NCBI GenBank assembly: GCA_017506175.1
Contig: JAFVNW010000002.1
Coordinates: forward strand, 11,636 to 75,635
From: Bacteroidales bacterium
GTDB lineage: Bacteria; Bacteroidota; Bacteroidia; Bacteroidales; WCHB1-69
Direction of reading: 5' to 3'
Length of the DNA: 64,000 bases
Shown here: positions 9,224 to 19,114 of the stretch, piece by piece
Layout of the letters: every line of letters begins with the position of its first letter
How positions within the stretch are numbered: position 1 is the first letter of the stretch
Program-made: the position numbers and the translations under genes
Notes under the pieces: model-generated
The model's database searches: none
Told to the model about the DNA's origin: nothing
Seen by the model: only the letters and a program-made list of their open reading frames with translations

Positions 9224-10126
9224 ATGAAAGAAAAGATCTTACGTCTTAAAAAAGAGAAAAACGCCATTATTCTTGCGCATTATTATACCCGTCCTGAAGT
9301 TCAGGAGATTGCCGATTTCGTAGGCGACAGCCTCGCCCTTTCGCAGAAGGCCGCCGCCACTGATGCCGACATCATCCTCTTCGCCGGCGTCCACTTCATG
9401 GCCGAAACCGCCAAAATCCTCAATCCCACCAAGAAAGTCCTCATTCCCGACTTCAAAGCCAGCTGCTCCCTCGCCGATGGCTGTCGTGCTCAGGCTTTCG
9501 GAAAATTCCTTGAGGACTATCCTGGTTACACGGTGCTTAGCTACATCAACTGCTCCGCCGAGGTAAAGGCCATGTCCGACATCATCGTGACTTCGGGCAA
9601 CGCCCTGCGCATCGTGCAATCGCTGCCGCAAAACGAGAAGATCGTCTTTGCCCCCGACAGAAACCTCGGCACCTACATCAACCGTGCGCTCAACCGTAAC
9701 ATGGTCTTGTGGGACGGTTCCTGCTGCGTTCACGACCGAATCCTCCCCGACGACATCCTTGAACTTCGAGTCAGCCACCCCGCGGCCCAAGTGATCGCCC
9801 ATCCGGAATGCCCCACCGACATCCTCGAACTCGCCGACTTCACCGGCTCCACCGCTGCCATGCTCAAGCACGTGGCCGCCAGCACCTGCCGCGAGTTCAT
9901 CGTGGCTACCGAACCCGGTATCCTCTTCGAACTGCAACGCCAAAACCCCGATAAGTCTTTCTATCCTGTTCAAGCAGGTGGCATCGACAACGTGTGCGAA
10001 CACATGAAACTCAATACACTCGATAACATTTGTCGCGCATTGGAAACCGAACAGCCCGAACTTCTTCTCGATCCCGAACTGATGGACAAGGCTCGAAAAT
10101 CGATTGAAAGGATGCTGTCGTATTGA
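9224..10126 (+). CDS. nadA: Quinolinate synthase
   Basis: ILAHYY, GVHFMAETAKIL, CSLAD, YINCSAEVKA, CCVH, AHPEC, CEHMK; start at ATG 9224. Confidence 0.97.
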   Translation: MKEKILRLKKEKNAIILAHYYTRPEVQEIADFVGDSLALSQKAAATDADIILFAGVHFMAETAKILNPTKKVLIPDFKASCSLADGCRAQAFGKFLEDYPGYTVLSYINCSAEVKAMSDIIVTSGNALRIVQSLPQNEKIVFAPDRNLGTYINRALNRNMVLWDGSCCVHDRILPDDILELRVSHPAAQVIAHPECPTDILELADFTGSTAAMLKHVAASTCREFIVATEPGILFELQRQNPDKSFYPVQAGGIDNVCEHMKLNTLDNICRALETEQPELLLDPELMDKARKSIERMLSY

Positions 10127-10147
10127 TTTTGACTAATGATTTTTAAT

Positions 10148-11335
10148 ATGAAAAGGATAGTTCTTCAAAGAGGGAAGGAAAAATCGCTGCTTCGGTTTCA
10201 CCCGTGGGTGTTCTCGGGAGCGATTTCCAAAATGGACGATGGTATTGCAGATGGTGATGTGGTTGATGTATATGATTATGAAAATCAATATCTTGCAACG
10301 GGACATTACCACAATAGTTCTACGTGTGTCAAAATTTTCAGTTTCGAGCAGGTGGAAATCGATGAGGCGTTTTGGACACGTAAAATAGAGATGGCAGCTG
10401 CGTTGCGGCGCTCTTTAGGGCTGTTTGACAATCCCGACATCACCGTTTTCCGCCTCGTGAACGGGGAGGGCGATTTCATGCCCGGCCTCATCATCGACTG
10501 GTTTGACGGGAATGTGGTGCTCCAATTCCATTCCTACGGGATGTTCCGTTTGCGCGAGCTGTTCGTTAAAATCATCTTAACCCTCTTCGCCGGAAAAATC
10601 CGTTCCATTTACGATAAAAGTGTCGCTACACTGCCAGAAATTCGTGGTTTCCAGCCAGTTGACGAACTGCTTTACGGTAGTTTTGATGACGTTTTAGTGA
10701 AAGAAAACGGCATTCCTTTTCATATCGACATTATCAAAGGCCAGAAAACCGGTTTCTTCATCGACCAGCGAGAGAATCGTTCTTTAGTCGGTCATTTCTC
10801 CGCCAACCGCAATATTCTCAACCTGTTCTGCTACACCGGCGGCTTTTCCGCCTACGCTCTTGCGGGTGGGGCTTCCCACGTTGATTCGGTGGATATTTCC
10901 AAAAAAGCGATTGATTTTACCGAGAAAAACATCGCCGAAATGGGCGAATCAATTTTAACAAAGCATACCTCCTACACTGAAAATGTCTTTGACTTTCTGG
11001 ATGACATTCCCGACAAAATCTATGATGTGATTGTGCTCGATCCCCCTGCCTTTGCCAAGCATCACAAAGTGAAAGACAGCGGAATCAAGGGGTATAGAAA
11101 CCTGAATCGCAAAGTGATGCAGAAAATCAAAGACGGTGGTTTTTTGTTTACTTTCTCCTGCTCTCAGGCCATTTCCATCGAGGATTTCCAGACGATTGTC
11201 TTTTCCGCCGCCGCCATGGAGAAAAAGCGACTCCGCGTGCTACGGCACTTGGAAGCCGGCGCCGACCACCCCGTTGACATCTACCATCCCGAAGGCAGCT
11301 ACCTGAAAGGAATGTTGGTGCAGGTGGAAAAGTGA
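10148..11335 (+). CDS. rlmI: 23S rRNA m5C1962 methyltransferase, RlmI family
   Basis: PUA domain (RFHPWVFSGAI), GEGDxxPGL, GQKTGFFIDQRENR, LDPPAF. Confidence 0.88.
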   Translation: MKRIVLQRGKEKSLLRFHPWVFSGAISKMDDGIADGDVVDVYDYENQYLATGHYHNSSTCVKIFSFEQVEIDEAFWTRKIEMAAALRRSLGLFDNPDITVFRLVNGEGDFMPGLIIDWFDGNVVLQFHSYGMFRLRELFVKIILTLFAGKIRSIYDKSVATLPEIRGFQPVDELLYGSFDDVLVKENGIPFHIDIIKGQKTGFFIDQRENRSLVGHFSANRNILNLFCYTGGFSAYALAGGASHVDSVDISKKAIDFTEKNIAEMGESILTKHTSYTENVFDFLDDIPDKIYDVIVLDPPAFAKHHKVKDSGIKGYRNLNRKVMQKIKDGGFLFTFSCSQAISIEDFQTIVFSAAAMEKKRLRVLRHLEAGADHPVDIYHPEGSYLKGMLVQVEK

Positions 11336-11438
11336 TTATTGCATGTTAATTGTTTTTTTGCAATGAATTAGTGGAATTGTATAGGCAAATTTCTGCTAAA
11401 ATCATGTGCAAATCCCAACAACATTCCTAACGGTACGC

Positions 11439-11475
11439 AAAAAAAAGAGGCTGTCTCAAAATGAAACAGCCTCTT
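11439..11475 (-). terminator. Intrinsic terminator between convergent rlmI and the adhesin gene
   Basis: aaaaaaaagaggctgt-c-tca-aaa-tga-a-acagcctctt hairpin with an A-run, which is the U-tail on the minus strand. Confidence 0.8.
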
Positions 11476-11497
11476 GTGTTATGTGTTTTTCAATCGG

Positions 11498-14400
11498 TTA
11501 TCTCTTCACCACCTTCACGGTGTTGAGGACGGCGTTGGCTTCAATGAAGCGGAGCATATAGACGCCGGGGGCGAGGTTACCGAGGTTGAGTTCGAATTGG
11601 AGACCTTCTACCTGATGAGTAGAGATCTGACGGCCGTAGATGTCACAAACCTGTACGTTGGCATTGACCATCGGATGGGAGAGGACGATGGTGACATTGC
11701 CGGTGGTCGGGTTCGGGAATACATTGGCGGTGAGGTTGTAGTTGTTGATGCCGGTGGCAATGTAGGTGAACTCAACAGCTTCACTCCAATCGGAGAGGTT
11801 GTCTTCGTCGCAAACAGCTTGTACGGAAACCGTTACGAGGGTGCTGTCTTCAAGGCCGGTGACGGTGTAGCTGTTGCCAGTCACGTTCTCGGTCGTGGTT
11901 TCGCCGTTGGCAGTGATGGTTACATTGTAGCTGGCGGCATCGCCAGTCCAAGTCACAACATTGTTGTTCACAGCCACGTCGGTCGGGGTGGCGCAGGTGT
12001 CTTCCTCGATGAAGGCGATGACAACATCGTCAATACCGCAGCAGTAGTAGATGTTGCTGTTGCTGTAGCAGAACGCCAAGCGTGTTCCAGCGGGAATCGA
12101 CGGAAGCGTGTATTCAAAATCTTGCGCGGTGGTAGAGGCTGCTACCGTGTCAATTGCAGTGAATGTAGTTTGGTCAACACCGGTAATGTAGCCGTAGGTC
12201 AAAACGCCAGGAGCGTAGCTGCTCTCCAATTTCGCTTTGAAAGACAGCGTGTATCCCTGCAGGTCGTTAGTAAATTCCGGAAGAACAGCCAAGTTGGGAG
12301 AGCCATAATTTGAGGAAGTGCCTGAAGTGAAAATAAGTGCGTTGTCGTTAGAGCCGTTGGGTCCGTATGAGCCGGCATAAACGTGGGGGCCATAGGTTGC
12401 AGCTGCAATGGCATCCCAGCAGGTGGGCATGACACCGAGTTCATTGTAGTTGGTAGCGGTATATCCGCTGAAATCCTCGCTGAATTGGTCAGTAATCGTA
12501 ATGGCATCGCAAGCGGTGGTGAAAGTGAGTTCATTGCTCCATTGAGACTGGTCGTCGGCAGAGCAGTTGGCTTTCACACGGATGGTGTAGGTTGTGGCAG
12601 GAGTCAGGTTGGTGAGTGTGATGGGGTTGGTGGTGACGATGGTGTCAACGCCGTCAACCTCGACAGTCCATTCAGTTTCTTCGCCGCCGGGGGTCCAGCC
12701 AATTTCAGCGGAAGTGGTGGTGATGGCAGAAGCGGTCAGGTCTGTCGGTTTAGGACAGGTGGGGCTAGCCTCTATGACTATTTCGTCCAATTGAACGCCA
12801 TAACCATTGTGTTCAACGCCTTTGAAGGCGATCTGGTAGGTAGCCGACGGGTTGGGCAGGATCATGGTTTCCAGCGTGAACTCTTCGTAATTGCTGGTAT
12901 AATCGGCCAACAGCGTCCACGTGTCGGTGGGGCTGGTACGATAATATACGTGCAACTCTTCATTATAGGTGTCATACCAATCATCATATTCAGCTTGTTG
13001 GTGATAGAATGACAACTGAGGTTCCGTGGTGATTTGTGTCAAATCAAATACGGGGGAAACGAGGTAGGCGCTTCCAGAATAGCTATAGGTGCCGCCGAAA
13101 GAGACACTTTGATTCCCTACTTCAGCATAGTTGTCAGTAATCTCCCATTCCACTGAACCTGAGATGATGTCATTGGTCCAGCAGATCAGTTCTTCGGTCT
13201 CGAATCCTTCAGTATAGGGCTCTTGGTCGGTAACGACCACCGTTTCGCAAGGCGTAATGAAGTTGGCAGTGGCACTCCAGTCGGAGGTGTCGGTTTCGCT
13301 ACAGAAGGCAGCAACTTTAACAGTATAGGAAGTTGCGGAAGTGAGGTCGTCGAAGGTAAACGGATTCTCGGTGACAATAGTGTCAATGCCGTTCAGGTTG
13401 ATAATCCAGCCATTCTCGGGATCTGTTTCGTTGCGGTCAGTCCAAGCAACCGTGGCGGTGGTGGTGGTGATGCCAGTGATGGTAACATCCATAGGAGCAG
13501 TACATGTAGGAAGCGTAGTGAAGGTAATCTCACTGCTCCATTCGGAGCTGTCGGTTTCGGTGCAGGCAGCCATCACCATAACGGTGTATTCAGTTTCGGG
13601 GGTGAGGTTGTAGAAGGTAAACGGATTTTCAGTGACAGCAGTGTCAACACCGTTGAGGTTGATAATCCAAGAAGCAGGAGTCGTCAAGTTGTAATCCACC
13701 CAGCTGATGATGGCAGTAGTAGCTGTGATGGTACTGTCGGCGGCAGCCACATCAATCGGTGTCACGCAAGCGGGCATATCCTCAATGGCGATGTCGTCGA
13801 TAGCGCAGGAATACCACGAGGTAGCTTGATACCATCTGAAAGCAATGCGAGCATTGGCGGGAACGCTGCTGACAATCACTTCGTGAGTAACATATCTATT
13901 ATTAGAATAGTAGTTGTTCGGAATTGTCTCCAGTTCAACAAAGCTTTCGGCTGTAAGGTCGGTGACATAGCCTACGGTAAGCGTACCCATTGTGGCACTT
14001 TCCATAGCGGTAGCAAATGTCAGTTGCTTTCCGGTAAGGTCGTCAAAGATGGGCATTACTGCGAAATTGGTGCTTCCACCATAATTGGAAGTGCCCGATG
14101 TCATCACGAGGCAATTGTCAGAAGCTGTGGGGCTGTAGGTGCCGTTGTAAACGTGGGGACGATAACCGCCGCTTGTGCCGATATAGTTCCAGCAATCGGG
14201 TAACACACCGTTGGAGGCAGTAATGTTGTTGGAGGCGGTGTAGCCGCTGAAGTTTTCACTGTAGTTTTCTGCGGAGATGGCATCGCACGGGGTGACAAAG
14301 CCGACAAAGCCACTGCTCCAGACGGAAGTGTCGCTAATACCGCAGTAAGCGCGGATACGGACAACGTAGGGAGTGTTGGCCGTAAGAGTGTCGATGGTGA

Positions 14401-17400
14401 TGGGGTTTTCGTTAACAACGATTTCGGTACCATTGAGTTCGAGAATCCATTCGGTCTCTTCACCGCCGGCAGTCCAGCTGAGGGTGACGCTGTTTCCGGT
14501 CACATTGCTGTATTCAATAGCCGTAGGAGCAGGACAGGTGGGAGGAGTCACGAAATTGATTTCATCGCTCCAAGCGCTTTCGGCATCCACATCGCAGTTG
14601 GCTTTCACCTTGGCCATCACATTGATGTCACCAAGAGGAGCATCAAAGTTGCAAACGACGGCAGAGTCATGGTCAATGCCGGTGATTTCGATGAAGGTTT
14701 CACCGCCGTCAATGCTGTAAGCTACAGTCCAAGAAGCGGGAGTCTCTTCATTATTGTCGGTCCAGCTCACCTGGAAATAGGTGGTGGTCACGGTGTCAAG
14801 AGAAAGATTGGTAGGAGCCAAACAAGCGGGAGTCTCTTCTACAACCACATTGTCCAAATAGATGTAGGCATCGCCGCTACCATAGTTGCTGGTGCCTTGG
14901 AACACGATCACTACACTGTCGGTGGCGTCTAATTCTTCCAAAGCGATGGACATCGGAGTCCAGTTGGTGACGCCGGTCAGACCCGTAGCCAGTGCTGTGG
15001 TATAGGTTTCGCCGCCGTCAGTAGAAACAAAAACGGAGAAGTCACCACCGGTGGGGTTCTTATACATGAAGGTAACTCTCGGAGTAGCTAAAGCTGTGAT
15101 GTCCAAAACGGGGGTCTTCAGCATATTGGTATTACCATTGCTGTTGCTATAGGAATTGAATCTCAAACAAGCTCCAGTGTAGCCAGTTGCATAATAATTC
15201 CATCTTTGGGCAGCGTTGGTGGTGGTACCTTCTTCATTATTCCAGCACAACGGAATACCAGCGGTAAGGGCGTTGAAGTTTTCAGCGAAAGGATTGGCTT
15301 CCGTAACAACGTAGGTCTCACATTCGGTGGCGAAGACAAGGCTGTCGGAGCTCCAAGCGGATTCATCATCAGCAGCGCAGTTGGCCTTCACCCTTACAAC
15401 ATAATTCGTAGATGCAGTGAGGTTGTCGAGCGTGAACGGATTGGCATCGGCAGCCACTTCAGTACCATTGACCAAGAGTGTCCAACCGTTGGTCGGCTCA
15501 CCATTGTTGTTATCAGTCCAGCTAATGGTAGCTTCCGTAGTGGTAATCGTGCCTTCCACCACTTCCAGATGAGAAGGTTTGATACAGGAAGGAATCAGTT
15601 CCACCGTCACATCATCCAAATATACATAGAAAGAAGAGTAGGAGCTTGTGCCAGTAGGAATGGATTTGAACGCAATGCGGTTGCCATTGCCGGCATATTC
15701 ATTGAACATGACGGTATATTCTTCATACGAACTGGTCAGGGTGATAGTATCTACAGCTTCAAAGGTGGTACCATCCATCACACCCACCACGAAGGTAGGA
15801 TTAGTGCTGGAATAGCGCGCGAAGAAGCTCACCTGCAGCGTATTGATGTCGTTGGTGAATGTCGGAGTGGAAATAAGGTTAGAGTAGCTGGTGCCATAAT
15901 AATACATGTACATCAACTTGGTTCCACCATGTGCAGAGCTTGAATAGTTATAAACATACGGATAAGTGGAGGAGTAGCTGGTATAGGGAATATCACGAGT
16001 CCAACAAAGCGGGAAGCTGTTGCTCTCATATTGTTCAAAATCTTCATAATAAACATTCTCCTCATCAATGGTGACGGGCTCACATTCGGTGGTGAAGCTT
16101 ACCGTGCTGGTCCAATGGGAAGTGTCGCTTTCAGAGCAAGCGGCAGCCACTTTCACCGTGTAAGCGGTAGCGGGAGTGAGGTTGTCAAAAGTGAAGGGGT
16201 TGTCGATAACGGTAGTGTCGTGGCCGTTGTAGTTAATAATCCAGGACTCTTCTTCGCCGCCGGCAGTCCAGCTGAGGGTAGCGCCATGAGCTGTTACGCT
16301 GTTAGCATCCACCGTCAGAGCGGTAGGAGCGGGACAGGTGGGAAGGGTAGTGAAAGAAGCAGCGTCAGCACTCCATGCGGAATTGTCGGTAGTTGTACAG
16401 GCAGCTTTCACTCTCACAGTGTAAGCGGTTTCCGGAGTGAGGTCGGTAAGGGTGAAGGGGGTGGCATTAGCCACTACTTCCTCCTCATTTACGAGGAGAA
16501 CCCAACCGTTTTCAGGATCTGTGGCATTGTTGTCTGTCCAACTGATGGTAGCACCGTATGGGTTAATGCTTTCAACATCCACAGTCACTTCAGTGGGCGG
16601 GAGACAGGTGGGATCGAATGACACTGTTATATCGTCCAAATACCAGTCATGAGCATTGCTGCCTTCATATTTGAAGGCGAGGCGGATTGTCTGTCCCTTG
16701 TATTCTGAAAGGTTGATAGCAGTCTCTGTCCAGCTTGAACTTACTGATTCCGGAGACCAAAGCTCTGTTTCTTCGTTCCCATTGATGAGAATAACTGAGT
16801 TCTTGTCATAATCATCCGAATAATTATTATATGACCAGAATTTCAGCCAGACATCGGTGTTGTCATTTCCTATTTGAAGATCCGGCATCACCAAATAAAT
16901 GTCGCCATAATAACCACTGTGAGCACTTGCTGAACCCGAATGATGTTGATAGGTGTAGCGGCTCCAAGCATAGGTGCCTGATGCAATACTATTCCAGCAG
17001 TTAGGTGCAAAGGTCGTTTCCTCGAAACCTTCGAAAAAATCGTGATCGGCATCCACAACGGTGGCATCGCATGCAGTGGTGAAGTTTACTGTGTTGCTCC
17101 AGTCTGACGCATCCGTCTCTGAACATACAGCTTTCACTCTTACGGTGTAGGCAGTGGAGTGGGTAAGGGTTTCAATAGTATAGGGATTGGCGGTGATGCC
17201 AGTGATTTCGGTACCGTTCACGTCAATCGTCCAAGAGGAAGGAGTGGGCATGTTGTTGTCCGTCCAGCTGATGGTGGCGGAGGTAGTGGTAATATCCGCA
17301 ACGGTCACAGCGGTAGGTTTAGCACAGGTAGCAGGAGCTGCGAAAGTGAAGTCATCAAGATACAAGTAGTATTGGTCATTCGCAGTATATGCTATCGCAA

Positions 17401-17833
17401 TGTACTTTGTGCCAGCAGGGAAGAAGTCGTTGTAAAGAGTCCAATCGGAAGAAGCAGTGATTTCCTCACCCCAAGTGAAACTTGAAGAGGAAGCGTCAGT
17501 GGTTGAATAACCCACCATGAAAGTTTCAGTAAAACTTCCGCCTTTTTTATAGTAGAATGAAACATCTACACCTGAAGTTGTTCCTGTCAGTTCAGGGGAG
17601 ATAAGATACTGAGGAGGGGTAGTGCTCCAATGGAAGGAAAAGCCATAATCCCCATTCATTTTGGAGGAAGTGGTAATTCCCGTGCTTGAGTGGCAGTCTG
17701 ACCTTGTCCATCCGTCGGCAGAGAGGTCGTTATCCTCAAAACCGTACGAATAGGGCAGAGCCTGCTGCGCCTGCATGGCCAATGGCAACATTGCCGCCAT
17801 CAGCAACATCAAAAATAATCGTACTTTTTTCAT
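11498..17833 (-). CDS. Large T9SS-secreted surface protein with about 7 cleaved-adhesin/choice-of-anchor-J-like domains, about 10 FN3 domains and a T9SS C-terminal domain
   Basis: Signal peptide; recurring E(G/D/N)F...(Y/I)LDD modules alternate with C-x-x-P-T...ATISWT...LTPxTxYTVRVKAxC...W S...FTT FN3 repeats; C-terminal VFPNPTTG...DIYGR...LAPGVYML...KVVKR. Confidence 0.88.
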   Translation of the reverse strand: MKKVRLFLMLLMAAMLPLAMQAQQALPYSYGFEDNDLSADGWTRSDCHSSTGITTSSKMNGDYGFSFHWSTTPPQYLISPELTGTTSGVDVSFYYKKGGSFTETFMVGYSTTDASSSSFTWGEEITASSDWTLYNDFFPAGTKYIAIAYTANDQYYLYLDDFTFAAPATCAKPTAVTVADITTTSATISWTDNNMPTPSSWTIDVNGTEITGITANPYTIETLTHSTAYTVRVKAVCSETDASDWSNTVNFTTACDATVVDADHDFFEGFEETTFAPNCWNSIASGTYAWSRYTYQHHSGSASAHSGYYGDIYLVMPDLQIGNDNTDVWLKFWSYNNYSDDYDKNSVILINGNEETELWSPESVSSSWTETAINLSEYKGQTIRLAFKYEGSNAHDWYLDDITVSFDPTCLPPTEVTVDVESINPYGATISWTDNNATDPENGWVLLVNEEEVVANATPFTLTDLTPETAYTVRVKAACTTTDNSAWSADAASFTTLPTCPAPTALTVDANSVTAHGATLSWTAGGEEESWIINYNGHDTTVIDNPFTFDNLTPATAYTVKVAAACSESDTSHWTSTVSFTTECEPVTIDEENVYYEDFEQYESNSFPLCWTRDIPYTSYSSTYPYVYNYSSSAHGGTKLMYMYYYGTSYSNLISTPTFTNDINTLQVSFFARYSSTNPTFVVGVMDGTTFEAVDTITLTSSYEEYTVMFNEYAGNGNRIAFKSIPTGTSSYSSFYVYLDDVTVELIPSCIKPSHLEVVEGTITTTEATISWTDNNNGEPTNGWTLLVNGTEVAADANPFTLDNLTASTNYVVRVKANCAADDESAWSSDSLVFATECETYVVTEANPFAENFNALTAGIPLCWNNEEGTTTNAAQRWNYYATGYTGACLRFNSYSNSNGNTNMLKTPVLDITALATPRVTFMYKNPTGGDFSVFVSTDGGETYTTALATGLTGVTNWTPMSIALEELDATDSVVIVFQGTSNYGSGDAYIYLDNVVVEETPACLAPTNLSLDTVTTTYFQVSWTDNNEETPASWTVAYSIDGGETFIEITGIDHDSAVVCNFDAPLGDINVMAKVKANCDVDAESAWSDEINFVTPPTCPAPTAIEYSNVTGNSVTLSWTAGGEETEWILELNGTEIVVNENPITIDTLTANTPYVVRIRAYCGISDTSVWSSGFVGFVTPCDAISAENYSENFSGYTASNNITASNGVLPDCWNYIGTSGGYRPHVYNGTYSPTASDNCLVMTSGTSNYGGSTNFAVMPIFDDLTGKQLTFATAMESATMGTLTVGYVTDLTAESFVELETIPNNYYSNNRYVTHEVIVSSVPANARIAFRWYQATSWYSCAIDDIAIEDMPACVTPIDVAAADSTITATTAIISWVDYNLTTPASWIINLNGVDTAVTENPFTFYNLTPETEYTVMVMAACTETDSSEWSSEITFTTLPTCTAPMDVTITGITTTTATVAWTDRNETDPENGWIINLNGIDTIVTENPFTFDDLTSATSYTVKVAAFCSETDTSDWSATANFITPCETVVVTDQEPYTEGFETEELICWTNDIISGSVEWEITDNYAEVGNQSVSFGGTYSYSGSAYLVSPVFDLTQITTEPQLSFYHQQAEYDDWYDTYNEELHVYYRTSPTDTWTLLADYTSNYEEFTLETMILPNPSATYQIAFKGVEHNGYGVQLDEIVIEASPTCPKPTDLTASAITTTSAEIGWTPGGEETEWTVEVDGVDTIVTTNPITLTNLTPATTYTIRVKANCSADDQSQWSNELTFTTACDAITITDQFSEDFSGYTATNYNELGVMPTCWDAIAAATYGPHVYAGSYGPNGSNDNALIFTSGTSSNYGSPNLAVLPEFTNDLQGYTLSFKAKLESSYAPGVLTYGYITGVDQTTFTAIDTVAASTTAQDFEYTLPSIPAGTRLAFCYSNSNIYYCCGIDDVVIAFIEEDTCATPTDVAVNNNVVTWTGDAASYNVTITANGETTTENVTGNSYTVTGLEDSTLVTVSVQAVCDEDNLSDWSEAVEFTYIATGINNYNLTANVFPNPTTGNVTIVLSHPMVNANVQVCDIYGRQISTHQVEGLQFELNLGNLAPGVYMLRFIEANAVLNTVKVVKR

Positions 17834-17963
17834 AACTAATTGATTTTGTGAATAAATTGGTTTTCTTAATAGGCCTGCAAAAATACAATAAAAATATGGT
17901 ATTTAGCCATGGATTCGCCGAATATTATATTTTTTTAGTAATAAAATAATGTAAGACAAAAAA

Positions 17964-18982
17964 CTATTTGTTGGCCTTCTCCTCGTCGTTGTTATACCAC
18001 TCCAAATAGGATTCCGTATATTGCTTTCCTGAATTCAGAAGATCGGTCTTCTTCTCGTCGGAAATATCGAAATCAACAGACCCCACTCCTATCGTGTCGA
18101 TATAAATCGTGCGCTGCCAGTCGTCGCTGTGCAGATGCACATTGTTCTGAAAATCAATAAGGGTGGTCACCAAAGCCTTGGTGTAACCGAGGAAATTCTT
18201 GATCTCCTTGACCTCCGTCGAACCTTTCCCGAGGTACATCGAAATCTCATCCGATGAATCCAAACGGAAACCTAACGTCTCCTTGTTATACACATATTCG
18301 GTCTTGGCACTGCCCTTTTGCACACACTTGGTATTGATCGTTTCGTAATATTCGGTACGGCGGATGCTGTTCGCATTGGCAATAAACTCCACCTGGTCAA
18401 AGGTCTTGATGGGGTAATTCTCCAAAAGACCGCCATCGACATACACATGCTTTTTCGCACCCCCTTTCACCGAGGCAAAAAACAACGGGATGGACATGGA
18501 AATACGGGCAGCGTCGGCCACCTTCATCTCCGGGGTGGTCTTGTGACTGAACACTTCGGAAAGACCGGTGGAAAGATTAGCCCCCACCAAATAGATTTCG
18601 CGGTATTCCTTCGTTGCGGCCAGCTCGCCAAAAGTGATTTCGCCATTGCCGGTTTTCCGTTGGATAAGGTCGGCCATCGTTTTGCGGAAAAAGTCGCCTT
18701 TATACCAGCCGTACTCCTTCAACAGGCGCGTGGTATTGCCTACAAAGAAGTTCGATTTGTCCATGAAATTATTGAAATCGAGATGCCACAATACATCCTT
18801 CACCTCTTCGGCGGAGTATTTCACCCGACCAAAACCGCCACCATAGCACCGGCCGACGTACCCGCCACCCGCTCAATGTTATTCAAAATCCCCTCTCTGT
18901 CAAGCACTTCCATAGCACCCACGTAGGCGATGCCTTTCACACCACCGCCTTCAAAAACCAAATTCTTAAAATGATAAGCCAT
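17964..18982 (-). pseudogene. Patatin-like phospholipase split by a 1-nt frameshift
   Basis: The 5' frame (ATG 18982) carries EGGGVKG and GTSAG, then stops at TGA 18821-18823. The second frame continues KYSAEEV...SMSIPLFF...YVDGG. One extra base restores ...VLVG-L-KYSAEE... Confidence 0.85.
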
Positions 18983-19059
18983 AATGATGATATTTTTCGC
19001 AAAAACACAAAAAGTTTTTAGACTTGACGAAACCCACCCAATCACCGATGGTTTCGCAT

Positions 19060-19096
19060 AAAAAAAGGAGGTGACTGTATCGTGTTACCTCCCTTT
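19060..19096 (-). terminator. Intrinsic terminator after pepP
   Basis: aaaaaaaggaggtgac...gttacctcccttt hairpin. Confidence 0.75.
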
Positions 19097-19114
19097 CCAA
19101 CAAAAAATCTGTGA

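Noticed and set aside
11474-17485. Many plus-strand ORFs opposite the adhesin gene
   Set aside because: They are antisense shadows caused by codon bias, with no motifs or start contexts.
11498-17833. Adhesin repeats as a DGR target or CRISPR-like array
   Set aside because: The repeats are protein-domain repeats. I saw no reverse transcriptase, adenine-specific TR/VR pair or cas genes.
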